Notes: generated by a model not told the origin, from the sequence alone. 64,000 bases of DNA from an uncultured Gemmatimonadales bacterium (GCA_963821525.1 CAWGED010000012.1:160001-224000), one strand, 5' to 3'; positions 45,043 to 56,477 are shown, numbered from the stretch's first letter. Numbers and translations: made by a program.

Positions 45043-47470
45043 CTACTCGTAGCGCAGGGCAACCATCGGGTCCACCCGCATCGCCCGTCGCGCCGGAATG
45101 AGCGTCGCGAGCAGGCTGGTCAGTGCCAGCGCCACCGTCACACCGACATACATCACCGGGTTCTTGGTGTTCACCTGGAACATCACCAGAACCAGTCCTT
45201 TGGCGAGGAAGAACGCCAGCACCAGGCCGCAGGTCAGTCCGATCAGGATCTGCAGTCCCCCCTGACGAAGGAACATCCGCAGCACGTCGCGCGCGCTGGC
45301 GCCGAGCGCCATGCGAACTCCGATCTCCCTGGTGCGCCGGGATACCGAGAAACTGACAACACCGTACACCCCGACGGTCGCCAGCAACAGCGCGGCACCG
45401 CCGAACACCATGAAGAGCGTACCGAAGACCCCGTAGAACCACCCGTTCTCCCGGATGGCTTCCTGGAGCGTGCGGACGAAATAGATCGGCTGGTCGGGAT
45501 CGATGCTGCTCACCACTCCCTGCACCGGATTCGCGAGGCTGGCTCGGATCTCCCGGCGCGACGACGGCGAGGCTGACGAAGCGGTAGTCGCTTTGGCCGA
45601 GCGGGGTGAAGACCACGGCGCCAAGCTGGTGATCGTCGTCGGTGCCGTCATACCAGACATCGGGGACCACGCCGACGATGGTGAGCCAGGGCTCCTTCGA
45701 GTCTGCCTGACCGATCCGGATCCGGCGCCCGAGAGCAGACTCGTCTCCCAGGTGTTTGTGCACGAATCCCCGGGAGACCACGGCAACCGGCAGGGTGCCA
45801 CCGATATCGCCCGGGGTGAGCAGGCGCCCTTCGATCGGCTTCACCTTGAAGGTCTCGAACCATCCCGGCGTGACCGCGACCTTCCGCGTGCTCGGATAGT
45901 CACGCTCGCTGGCGTAGGTCTTCCCTTCCAGCGCGAAGTTCTCGTTCCATCCCTCGAGTCCCGGCAACACGGTCATCAGCGCGACACCTCGCTGACCTGG
46001 AATCCCCTGGAGCTTTTCCTCGAGAGTGGTCCAGAATCGAGCCCGGCTCGCCGAGTCGGGGTAGGTGGCGTCGAAGAGCCCGACCCTGGCCGTAAAGACA
46101 TTGCTGGTCGGGACTCCGTATTCGAACGTGGCCAGCTGCACCACGCTCTGAATCATGAATCCGGCGCCTACGAGCAATCCGCCGGAGAGCGCCAGCTCGG
46201 CAATGACCAGACCGCGGCTGAACTTACCGATCCGAAGCGAGGAAGATCCTCGGCTCTCATCCTTGAGCACCTCGTTGAGGTTGGTGCGAGTCGCCTGCAA
46301 TGCCGGGATGACTCCGCTCACCAGAGCCGCGATCAGGGTGACACCGGCGGTAAAGGCAAACACGACGCCGTCCAGCTTGATGTCTACCCAGAAGGGCGCC
46401 CCGCTCCCCTGCATCGAATCCACGAACCATCGTACGCCGAATGCAGCGATCACAATGCCAAGCAGCGAACCGATCGTCGCGAGCAGGAGGGATTCGGTGA
46501 GCAGCTGGGCCACGATCCGGCGCCGGCTCGCGCCGAGAGCGGTGCGGACGGCGATCTCCTTGGTCCGCGTTGCGGCGCGCGCCAGCAGGAGGTTGGCCAC
46601 GTTGGAACAGGCGATCAGCAGCACCCCGAAGACCGCCGCCATCATGGTCCAGAGCATGATGATCGGCTCTTCGCCGATGTACTCCTCGGTGAAGGGCTTG
46701 ACGATCGGCGTGACTCCTTCGTTTTCCTTGGGATGATCCTGGGCGATGCGGGCGCAGATGGTCTCGAACTCGCGCTTCGCCTGAGCCATCGTCACTCCGG
46801 GCTTGAGCCGGCCCATGACCTCGAGCTCATCGCCCTCGCCCCAGGGAAGCGCCGTAGGATCCATGGTCCTCGGCAGCCACAATTGCGACAGTGTGGGGAA
46901 GAGGAACTTGCGAGGCATGACACCCACGACTTCGTGGACCAGGCCGTTGGCCCGAATCGTCTTGCCGATGATGGCGGTGTCGCCACCGAAGCGGTTCTGC
47001 CAGATGTCCCAACCGATGATGGCGACCGGTGGAGCCCCTGGCCGGTTGTCGTCTTCGGTAAACAGCCGTCCCCGAAGTGGCTGAACCCGGAGCAACTTGA
47101 AAGCGGACGCCGTAATGAACCCGCCCTGGAAACGCTCCGGTCCCCCTTGCAGCCCGCTTACGTTGATCGTTCCCTCGGTCCAGGCGGCGAGGTCCTCGAA
47201 GCTCTTCTGCTGCTCCCGCCAGGCAGTGAAATCGCTGACCGGAACGCCGTAGCTGTCGACGCCGCGACTCGGGCGCGCTCGCTCGAGATGAAGGATCTGG
47301 CTGGCATGCTCGAAGGGCAGCCCCCGGAGGATGCCGCCCCACATGATGCTCCACATCGTGGTAGTGAAGCCCAGGCCCATGGCGAGAGCGAGGATCGAGA
47401 TGATGGCGAGGCCGGGATGCTTGGTCAGCATCCGGAAGCCATGCTTCAGGTCGGAGAAGAAGGAGCCCAT
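45043..47470 (-). CDS. Duplicated MacB-type ABC permease (ADOP family); apparent frameshift ~45545
   Basis: DLKHGFRML, LLIACSNVANLLLAR...EIAVRTALGA, RTREIGVRMALGA, PARRAMRVDPMVALRYE. Confidence 0.92.
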
Positions 47471-47550
47471 CTTGTCACTCCGGAGCTTTTCGGGGATCAG
47501 ACCCGGCCTACGGCGCCTCCGGGGACAAGGTTTCAGACTAGGAACCACTG

Positions 47551-48166
47551 ATGGATTCGACCCCGTTTCGCTTGTTCCTCTTGTCCCCCGCCCACTGCGG
47601 CGGGAAGCGCGCCCAGCTGCTGGTCAATGGCAGAGGGCGCTTTCCCGTTGGCGGCCCGTCTGCGGGCCGGTGAATCAGTCACCCTTGGTGAGACGTTCGC
47701 CTTCCTGAGCGGCCTCTACTTCAGAGGCAAGCTGACCTACGCTCGGCACTTCGGCCGGGCACCGTCGGGACACGCCGCCGTCCTGGTCATCACCGCCAAC
47801 AACGGGCTGGTGCCCGCAGAATCGAGCGTCACCATTCGCCAGCTCAAGGGATTCGGAACCGTGGACATCGATTCAGACAACCCACACTACCGAGAGCCGC
47901 TGCAGCGCGACATTGCCAGGCTGCGCGAACTGGACGGAGTGGAGATCGTCCTGCTCGGCAGCATCGCGACCGGCAAGTACGTGGACGTGCTGCTGGAGTC
48001 GTTGGGCGACCGGCTGTTATTCCCCGGGGATTTCGTGGGACGGGGGGACATGAGCCGCGGGGCCTTGCTCCTTCAGGCGGCCAGGAAGGGCACCGAGCTC
48101 AAGTATGAACCGGTACTCGGCGCAATTCGGACTGGCAGACGGGCACCGCGCATCGCATCAGGATGA
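47551..48166 (+). CDS. Hypothetical protein (possible YaaA/DUF6884-like fold); apparent frameshift ~47635
   Basis: MDSTPFRLFLLSPAHCGGKRAQLL from ATG 47551 continues, shifted by +1, into ORF 47627..48166 (FLSGLYFRGKL, VITANNGL, LLGSIATGKY, GRGDMSRG). Confidence 0.7.
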
Positions 48167-48313
48167 GCCCCGTGGCTGCCACACGAGTCGGGAAGATTCC
48201 GGCTCGAGCGGCTCAAATGAGCTGCCGCAATTCGACCTGCAATTGGTTGGTAGCAGAACGCCGGCCCAGGTCTGGTTGACCGAGCCGGCGTTCGTCTTGC
48301 GGTAAAGCCGATC

Positions 48314-48595
48314 CTAGGTCAAGGCGCGGCGCAGCAGCCGGCCGCGACGCTTCCCCTCCCGCACCACGATGTTCTTGGTGGCAATCAGTTTCTTCGTGGT
48401 CATGATTGCCCTTTCCACCCGGCGCGAGTGCGCCACCGCATCCCGCAACCGCCGTAAGTCCTTCTCCAGCCTGTAGCGTTTGATCTGTCTCGCGATGTCC
48501 TTCTTATCCCTCTCGAAGTCTTTGAGCTGCGCCTTGGCCAATTTGGTAATTCGGGCCCAGCGCGTCTCGAATGACTTGATGCTGCGCAGTTGCAT
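48314..48595 (-). CDS. Small, highly basic helical hypothetical protein (93 aa)
   Basis: AGGAGAGGG RBS upstream of the ATG; Lys/Arg-rich, helical pattern. Confidence 0.55.
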   Translation of the reverse strand: MQLRSIKSFETRWARITKLAKAQLKDFERDKKDIARQIKRYRLEKDLRRLRDAVAHSRRVERAIMTTKKLIATKNIVVREGKRRGRLLRRALT

Positions 48596-48718
48596 GACAG
48601 TACCCTCTCCTGAGAAAGATTCCGAGTCCAGAGACTCTGCCAGCGCCTACCAGCCCGGTGAGACCACCATCTCTCTCCGGGGTTCTCGAAATGTAGCCCG
48701 CTTGAATCTGGACGTGGG

Positions 48719-49714
48719 TTAAAGCGCTAACGGCTTCGGAGTGCGGGCGAGTGAGCGTTCGCCGGATACGAGGGCGCGGAAGCGTCTCAGGAATGAGGAA
48801 GCGCGGGAGCCGCCGGGAATCAAGTTGGATCTGCAGCGGACCATCGCCGAATAGAGGGCATCGGCGCTCTTCCACCGGCCCTTCGGGTCACGGACCAGGC
48901 AACGGTCAACGATCGAAGCGAGATCCGCGGGAACATCGGGAGCCAGTTCGCGGAGTGGAGCGGCGTTGCGAGCAGTCCGTTGAGCCGCGAGCGAGATCGC
49001 CGACTGACCGGTGAAAGGCAGCCGGCCGGCCAGCATGCGATAGGCAACGAGCCCCAGGGAGTAGATATCGGTTCGGAAGTCTGCTTCCCAGGATCCCAGC
49101 GCCTGTTCCGGAGACATGAAGGCCGGGGTGCCGAACCCCTTCCCTACTTCGGACCGGGAGTGGTCCGAGGTCCGCAGCGTCGCGATACCGAAATCGGTAA
49201 GGAAGGGCCAATCGTCCTCGTCCTGCATCAGGATGTTGTCGGGCTTCACGTCCCGATGGACCACGCCATGACGGTGAGCATGGGCCAACGCATCGGCAAC
49301 CGGAATAAGAATTGAAAGCGTCCGGGTCGGGCTCAGCCGGCCGTCATCGCCCAGCCGATCGGCCAGGGAGCGGCCGGGGATGTAGCGCATGATTGCGAGC
49401 GCGAGCCGGTTGTGATGAACGAACTGGTAGCAGGGAACGATGTGGGGATGCTCGAGCTCGGCGGAGATCAACGCCTCTCGCCGAAAGCGCTCGCGATTCT
49501 CTACTGAAGCGCCCTGAGCCGGATCCAGCAGTTTGAGGGCGACCCGGCGGCCTTCCTGCCGGTCCAGGCCGAGGAGGACAACGCTCATGCCACCGCGGCC
49601 CAGGGGACGGATGACATCGTACCGATCGCCGGTAAGGAGGGAAACGCCCCGACGACAGGCTTCGAGCTCCAGGGGCTCCATCCCCAGATTGAGTACGGGT
49701 GCGGCGACTTCCAT
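48719..49714 (-). CDS. Stand-alone Ser/Thr protein kinase (catalytic domain only)
   Basis: GRGGMSVV, VALK, HRDVKPDN, DFG, FMSPE, DIYSLG. Confidence 0.9.
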   Translation of the reverse strand: MEVAAPVLNLGMEPLELEACRRGVSLLTGDRYDVIRPLGRGGMSVVLLGLDRQEGRRVALKLLDPAQGASVENRERFRREALISAELEHPHIVPCYQFVHHNRLALAIMRYIPGRSLADRLGDDGRLSPTRTLSILIPVADALAHAHRHGVVHRDVKPDNILMQDEDDWPFLTDFGIATLRTSDHSRSEVGKGFGTPAFMSPEQALGSWEADFRTDIYSLGLVAYRMLAGRLPFTGQSAISLAAQRTARNAAPLRELAPDVPADLASIVDRCLVRDPKGRWKSADALYSAMVRCRSNLIPGGSRASSFLRRFRALVSGERSLARTPKPLAL

Positions 49715-49877
49715 TGAACGGTCCAGATGGGGTGACCGTTCGGGGAATGGCAGGGAGTGTGCCGCACGTTTGCTGTGGATTCCGCCGAGGCAGCAACGAC
49801 TTAGCCGAGGACCACGAGAACAGCTTGACCGGTTCCGGGAAAGCGGAATCCCAGAACCGGACGGCGTGACCGCGATG

Positions 49878-50667
49878 TTACTTGGGGGATCCCTCCGGAG
49901 TCACGTAAGCCGCTGTAATCCCACCGTCCACCCGGAAATCGGCTCCCGTCACGAACGAGGACTCATCCGAGGCGAGGAAGACCGCGGCCTGGGCGATCTC
50001 CCGGGCCTCTCCGAACCTTCCCATGGGGATGTGGACCAGCCGCCGCTGACGTTTCTCTTCGGTCGAGAGGAACTTCTCGAGCAGTGCGGTGCGCACCGGA
50101 CCGGGAGAGAGCGCGTTGGCCCGGATTCCCTCCCGGGCGTGGATGATCGCGATTTCCCGGGTCATGGAGAGGACCGCGCCCTTGGACGCGGTGTAGGCAA
50201 TCTGCGGAGTAGCGGCGCCGAGGGTCGCAACGAAGCTGGCCACATTGATGATGGATCCCCCGCCGGCCTCCCGCAGGTACGGAATGCCCGCCCGGCAACA
50301 ACGCGCCACGCCTTTGACGTTGATGTCCAGGACCAGATCCCAGATTTCGTCCGGGGTGTTCACGACGCCGTCGTCGTCACCCGGAGAGACGCCGGCGTTG
50401 TTGTAGAGAACATTGATCTTGCCGAACGCCTTCTTGGCGCCGGCGTAGAGAGCTTCTACCTGCGAGGTAGAACGCACGTCTCCCGGGAATGAACACGGCC
50501 TTGCCGCCGGCCTTCTGGATTTCACCCACGACCTGCTGGCCGGCGTCCTCGTTCACGTCGTTCACCACCACCGCGCAGCCTTCCTGTGCAAAGAGCTTCG
50601 CAGCCTCTGCGCCGAGGCCGGCACCGGAGCCGGTGATGACTGCGACTTTGGTTTCGAGTCGGCGCAT
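49878..50667 (-). CDS. Short-chain dehydrogenase/reductase; apparent frameshift ~50485
   Basis: VITGSGAGLG, NNAG, YTASK, NALSPG, VDGG. Confidence 0.92.
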
Positions 50668-50777
50668 GTTAGGTGTCAGGGATCAGGTGTCAGGTGTTAG
50701 GGCTACTGATTCCTTCTTACTTCTCACTTCTCACCTCTCACGTCTCACGTCTTACGTCTCACGTCTCACGTCTTACG
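50668..50777. repeat. Heptamer tandem repeats (CAGGTGT-like arm, then CTCACGT/CTTACGT arm)
   Basis: ttaggtgtcagggatcaggtgtcaggtgttagg ... cttacttctcacttctcacctctcacgtctcacgtcttacgtctcacgtctcacgtcttacg. Confidence 0.85.
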
Positions 50778-52136
50778 CCCTTTCAAAATTCCGCTGTAGA
50801 TCCAGGTCCGTCACCCGCTTGTCGTAGACCGCCTGCTCCTGGAGTGCCGTGTTCACGTAATGGTCCACCACGGTGTCTCCGAACGCGGCGCGAGCGGCCT
50901 TGGACCGGTCCAGCAGTCCGATGGCCTCGTACAGGGTCTTGGGAACCTCGGGCACCGTGGGATCGGCATAGGCGTTGCCGGTGTAGAGGTCTTCCATCTC
51001 CAGCTTGTTTTCCAGGCCGTACAGTCCCGCCGCAATTGTTGCCGCGAAAGCGAGATACGGATTGGCGTCTGCACCGGGGCAGCGGTTCTCGACCCGGATG
51101 CCGTTCGCCGAATGTCCCAGGATCCGCATCCCGCAGGTGCGATTGTCTACTCCGGCCACCAGCCGAGTCGGCGCGAAGGACCCGGCCTGGTAGCGGCGGT
51201 AGCTGTTGACGTAAGGCGCATAGAAGACACTCAGCTCGCGGCCCAGTGCCAGCTGCCCCGCGACCCACTGGCGGAGACGGGTGGACATGTGGGCTGGTCC
51301 CTTCGGATCCCAGCCCAGTGGTTTACCGGTCTTCCGGTCCCAGAGCGAGCTGTGCAGGTGGAATGAATTGCCGGCATTGTTGGTGTGCCACTTGGCCATG
51401 AAAGTCACGGAGATGCCCTGCAGTGCGGCGAATTCCTTCACTCCGTGCTTGAAGATGCAGTGCCGGTCCGCCATCTCGACCGGCTCCTGGTGCGCGAGAT
51501 TGAGCTCCTCCTGCCCGGGGCCCCATTCTCCCTTCGAGTTCTCCACCTCGAAGCCCAGGTCGTCGAAATAGCGGCGAAGCGGCTGCAGCAGTTTCTCTTC
51601 CTTGGTCGTCTGGAGGATGTGGTAGTCCTGGATGTACTTCCCGATCGTGTCCAGGTCGTGATAGCGCTTGGCGCCCGCCTGCTCGTAGCTGTCGTTGAAC
51701 ACATAGAACTCGAGCTCGGACGCGACTCGCAGCGTGAGCCCCATCGCGTCGGCCCGCGCGACCTGGGCCTGGAGGATTTGTCGCGGCGCCACGGCCAGAG
51801 GTTCGTGGTCGCGGCCTTCGATGTCTCCCAGTACCAGCGCCGTGCGCTCCAGCCACGGCACCAGCACCAGGTCTTGGGGTCGGGCCGGACCATGAAGTCG
51901 CCATACCCCAGCTCCCAGGAGAACGAGTCGTACCCCGAGAACGGCTCATTCTCCAGATCACACCCCAGCAGATAGTCGCAGCCTTCCCATCCGTGGCGAG
52001 CCTGGTCCAGGAAGGTCCGCGCGGTGTAGCGCTTCCCGGCCAGTCTTCCTTGCTGGTCGGGAAATGCGGTGAGCACGGTGTCCACCGTTCCGGCCTTGGC
52101 CATCTGCTCGAGTTTTTGGATGGAGATGGTCTTCAC
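50773..52136 (-). CDS. Glutamine synthetase-family protein (probable gamma-glutamyl-amine synthetase); apparent frameshift ~51870
   Basis: DQQGRLAGKR, ASELEFY, KGEWGPGQEE, TFMAK, GNSFHLHSSL, SFAPT, DNRT, ENRCPGADANPY. Confidence 0.9.
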
Positions 52137-52238
52137 GTTGGGTTCCTGGAGTTCAATCGAGATGTCGAGTGAACTCGGAGTTCGACGAGTGAGCCATGGT
52201 TACTGAGTCTCAGTCCTGACCTCAGACTCGGCACTAGC

Positions 52239-53660
52239 TCAGCTGGTCTCGAAATAGATGTTCTTCAGCTCGGTATAATGCTCCAGCGCGTGCATCCCCA
52301 ATTCCCGGCCCAGGCCCGACTGCTTGAAGCCGCCGAAGGGGGCCTGCAGGTGCACGCTGGAGGAGGAATTCACCGAGATGACGCCGGTCTGAACCGCCTT
52401 TGCCACCCGTAACCCACGCTTCAGGTCGTTGGTCCACAGCGAGCCGGAGAGCCCGTAGATCGTGTCGTTGGCGATGGCGATCGCCTCGGCCTCGGTCTCG
52501 AACGGGATGACCACGACCATCGGCCCGAAAATCTCTTCGTCAACGATTCGCATCCCGGGCTTGGCATCGGCAAAAATCGCAGGGCGGAGGAAGAACCCGT
52601 CGCCTGCTGGGCGCTCGCCACCACAGACATAGCGGGCTCCTTCCTGACGGCCCAACGCCACGTAGCTCTCGGTCCGCTCCCGCTGGCTCGCGGAGACGAG
52701 CGGTCCCATCTCGGTCTGCTCGTCCAGCGGATCGCCGACCCGCATCGCCTTTGCGATCGACGCCATCGCTTCGACCAGGGCGGGATATGCCTTCTTCTCG
52801 ACGATCACCCTGGCCCGGGCGCAGCAGTCCTGCCCGGCATTGGCGAACACCGAGGAGCAGGCGTGCTTCGCCGCCGTTTCCAGGTCCACATCCGCGAAGA
52901 TGATGTTGGGTGACTTGCCGCCCAGCTCCAATGAGACTCGCTTGATGGTCTCGGCAGCAGTGGCCATGATGCGCCGGCCGGTCTCGGTTTCCCCGGTAAA
53001 TGCGATCTTGGCGATGTCAGGATGACCGGCCATCTGCTGGCCGATCCGGGCGCCGGGTCCCGGAACGACGTTGAGCACTCCAGGCGGGAGGCCGGCTTCG
53101 AGTCCCAGTTCTCCGAGACGGATGGCGCTGAGCGGAGTGAGACTCGCGGGCTTGAGGACGACCGTATTTCCGCTGGCGAGCGCGGGCCCGATCTTCCAGG
53201 TGGCGATCACCATCGGGAAGTTCCACGGAACGATCAGCCCGACCACGCCGAGTGGCTGGCGCAGCGTGAGATCCAGTCCGGTCTTGGCAACCTGGATCGT
53301 TTCGCCGAAGAACTTGTCTGCCGCACCGGCGTAGTACCGCAAGGTGTCGGCGACATGGTTCGCCTCCCACCGCGCGTCGCCAATCGGCTTCCCCACATTG
53401 CGGGCCTCAAGCACCGCCAATTCCTCGGCGTGAGTCCGCACCAGATCTGAAAAACGGAAGAGCACGTCGGCCCGGCTGACCGCGGTCCGGCCCGACCATT
53501 CGGGAAAGGCCTTCTTCGCCGAGGCTACCGCCTGGTCCAGCTCATCGGGGCCGGCCGATGCCACTTCGGCCATCGGCTTGCCCTTGGCGGGCTCGAGCAC
53601 GGTGATGGTACCGGCGCCTTTGGGGCGCCGGTCGCCAATCACCAGAGGTAGAGCCGTCAC
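52239..53660 (-). CDS. Aldehyde dehydrogenase
   Basis: PWNFP, FTGET, LELGGKSP, AGQDCC, EEIFGP, APFGGFKQSG; GTG start at 53660 directly after the permease stop. Confidence 0.92.
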   Translation of the reverse strand: MTALPLVIGDRRPKGAGTITVLEPAKGKPMAEVASAGPDELDQAVASAKKAFPEWSGRTAVSRADVLFRFSDLVRTHAEELAVLEARNVGKPIGDARWEANHVADTLRYYAGAADKFFGETIQVAKTGLDLTLRQPLGVVGLIVPWNFPMVIATWKIGPALASGNTVVLKPASLTPLSAIRLGELGLEAGLPPGVLNVVPGPGARIGQQMAGHPDIAKIAFTGETETGRRIMATAAETIKRVSLELGGKSPNIIFADVDLETAAKHACSSVFANAGQDCCARARVIVEKKAYPALVEAMASIAKAMRVGDPLDEQTEMGPLVSASQRERTESYVALGRQEGARYVCGGERPAGDGFFLRPAIFADAKPGMRIVDEEIFGPMVVVIPFETEAEAIAIANDTIYGLSGSLWTNDLKRGLRVAKAVQTGVISVNSSSSVHLQAPFGGFKQSGLGRELGMHALEHYTELKNIYFETS

Positions 53661-53662
53661 AG

Positions 53663-55329
53663 CTATTGGGCCGGGACCAGTGCGGCTTCGATCCGGCGCA
53701 GCGCATCTTCGTCGGCCTTGCTCGGCCCGAGCGAACCGCTTCTTGGCCGACAGCTGCCAATACAGCCCGAGAACGACGCACAGCCCCAGCATGGTCCACA
53801 GCACCAACTCGTTGGGCGGGAGGCTGAAAATCACGGTAATGATCAAAACCCAGACGATTGCGATGAGGTTGAGCACCGGCCCCCATTTGCCCAGGTACCA
53901 CGGGGCCGTCTCGGCTGTGGCGAACTCTCCCTGGCCCCGCCGCTTATTACGCCAGTTGAGGTAGATGGGGAACATGTACGCCAGGTAGAGCGTGATGGTG
54001 CTGATCGAGGTCACCACGTAGAAGGCCGCGGCGTAGACGCAGATCAGGACAGCGAGCAGACTCGTGATCACGATAGACCAGACCGGGGTCCGATATTTCG
54101 GGCTCACCCGCTTGATGTGACCCGATCCCGGCATGCCATCGTCCCGAGCAAAGGCGTACCACATCCGGCCCATGGACGTGATTGAGGCCAGCCCGCACAG
54201 CCACATCGCGACGCCGATGATGACGGCGACGACGTTCGCAAAGAACGTCGAAAGGTTGTTGTAGACGATGTAAAGCACCGGGTAGGCATCGGCTGCCGTC
54301 TCGGCCACCTTCCCTTCCGGAATCGACCAAGTGAGCACCAGCAGCATGATGTATCCGACCACCGCGGAAACCGCGACCGAGAGGAACACGCCCCAGGCCG
54401 AGTTGAGCCGTGCCATGACCGTCTCTTCCGCCACGTGGGCTGACGCGTCGTAACCGGTGTAGGTCCACTGGGCCTGCAGAGTGGCCAGAAGGAAGCACAG
54501 CACGAATGGGGCGGCCTTGTAGAGATCGGCGAGACCCGGTATCAGCCCGAAGAGCAGCGAAGGATATTTGAAGTTGCCAAACACCAACGCGGGCACCGGA
54601 GTGCCGCTCCCCAAGTCGGCCGACGAAGCATCCAAGCGGGTTGACCGAGGTGGAAGTCGAGAACATGAACTCGAGACTGTTGTGATGCTGTCCCAAGAAC
54701 ACCAGCAGGACGAAGATCACCGCGACGCCGATGATGTGCCACCACACGCTGAAATCGTTGAGCTTCGCGGTGAGCCGGATCCCGAGGACGTTGATGAGCA
54801 CCTGGGGAATCATGATCAACACCATCACAAACAGCTGGAAATACCAACTGGTTGGAGAACCGAAGACCGGGATTGCGGCATCGGCTGGGACGTTAAAGAT
54901 CCGAGTGAAGGCGCCGATGATGTAGATCGACGCGGCCACGTTGATGCCCGCGGTAATCGTGATCTGTCCGATCATGTTGAGCCAGGCGGTAATCCACGCC
55001 CAGCCCCTGCCGCCCAGCCGGTAGGCCCAGAAGTAGAGTCCGCCCGCCGTAGGATACGCCGAGGCCAGCTCCGCCATTGATGCGGCGACGCAGAGCGTGA
55101 AGAGGCTCACCACCGGCCAGCCGATCGTATTGATGATGGGACCCGCGAACTTGAGGCCGTAGCCAAAGAGCAGAATGGCTCCGGTCAGAATCGAAATGAT
55201 GGAGAACGAGATCGCGAAGTTGGAGAATCCTCCCATTTCCCGGAACAGTTGCTGGGCATAGCCGAGCCTGTGGAGGTCGCGGACATCCTGCCGGATCTGC
55301 TCCTCCCGGTCCATCGGTTGCTGGGCCAT
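53663..55329 (-). CDS. APC-family amino acid/polyamine permease; apparent frameshifts ~54633 and ~53730
   Basis: FSNFAISFSIIS, AELASAYPTAGGLY, WTYTGYDASAHVAEE, AFARDDGMP. Confidence 0.9.
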
Positions 55330-55525
55330 CGCGCACCTCGGGTAAAGGTCGGCCTAAGGAAGGACTGGGAACGAGCGTCGCCACCCTCGGGCCGATACGG
55401 AAGTGGGAATAGCTGGGGCGGGGAGAATATCCCGCGCGATTTGGGGGAGGGCAAGAGCGGGAGAGGGCGACAGCGACGGGAGACGGGATACGCGGCGAAC
55501 GGGAACTCGCAATCGAACCTGAGGA

Positions 55526-56477
55526 CTAGGACGTCGGCACCGTAATCGGTGGGAGTCGTGATTCGATCGCCGAGCGATTGGGTTCTTCCCAAGGGGGAAG
55601 CTTGAGATCCTGTCCCAGGGCGGGAAGCTCTTCGTCTATAGTGAAGCCGGGTTTCACGGTCGCGACTTCGAACAGGACTCCGCCCGGCTCTCGGAAATAG
55701 ATCGATGTGAAGTAGCACCGGTCGCGTACCTCGGTTACCTGCAAGCCTCGTCGAATGATTTCTTCGCGCAGCTGGAGCTGCTGGTCCGGATCCGCAATCG
55801 CGAGTGCGACGTGATGGACGGTGCCGAGGCCATTCGCGGCTGCGGGAGCATCGGGAGCGGCGACGATATCAATTGACCTGCCGGCTCCCGCCCCGTTTAT
55901 CCCCATCCGAATACGTCCCGCATCCTCGTTCACCTGCTCGAAGCCCAGCAGGTCGGTCATCAATTCGACGGTTTTCGCGGGATTGCGAATCAGACAGCGT
56001 CACGCTGTGGAGGCCGCGAATGGCCCGGTCGGGCTCGATCCCACCTTGAGTCCAGGGTGTCCGTTCATCCCGATCGGCGGTGATCAGCTCGATCTTGAGG
56101 CCTGAAGGATCGCGAAAGACGAGGATCTCCTCGTCGAAACGAGATCCTGCATCTTCCTGAACAATGCCCTGATCTCGCAGGCGCGCCTCCCAGAAGGCGA
56201 GCGCATCGCGCGGCACCGAGAACGAGGTGGCGACGATCTGCCCCGCACCGTGCACTCCAACCGGCACTCCCCATCCTTTGTAAGGGAAGGTGGTCCAAAG
56301 GGTACTGGGGCGGCCGGTCTCGTCTCCGTAGTAGAAGTGGTAGACGTTGTGGTTGTCGAAGTTGACCGTGCGCTTGACCAGTCTCAGACCCAGGGCACCG
56401 CTCGCGAAGTCGACATCCGCCTGCGCTTCGGCGACGGTGGCGGTGACGTGGTGGAGGCCGAGGATCGGTGGACGCAT
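55526..56477 (-). CDS. Ring-cleaving dioxygenase (VOC/glyoxalase family, MhqO-like); apparent frameshift ~55990
   Basis: GLHHVTA, LVKRTVNFD, HFYYGD, GTVHHVA, DRCYFTSIYFREPGGVLFEVAT, LKLPPW. Confidence 0.9.

Noticed and set aside
45503..47551. 682-aa plus-strand ORF
   Set aside because: Antisense shadow of the ADOP permease.
52239..54635. 798-aa ORF suggesting a permease-aldehyde dehydrogenase fusion
   Set aside because: The permease C-terminus (GPSKADEDALRRIEAALVPAQ*) ends at 53663 in a shifted frame and the ALDH has its own GTG at 53660. The fusion is a frameshift artefact.
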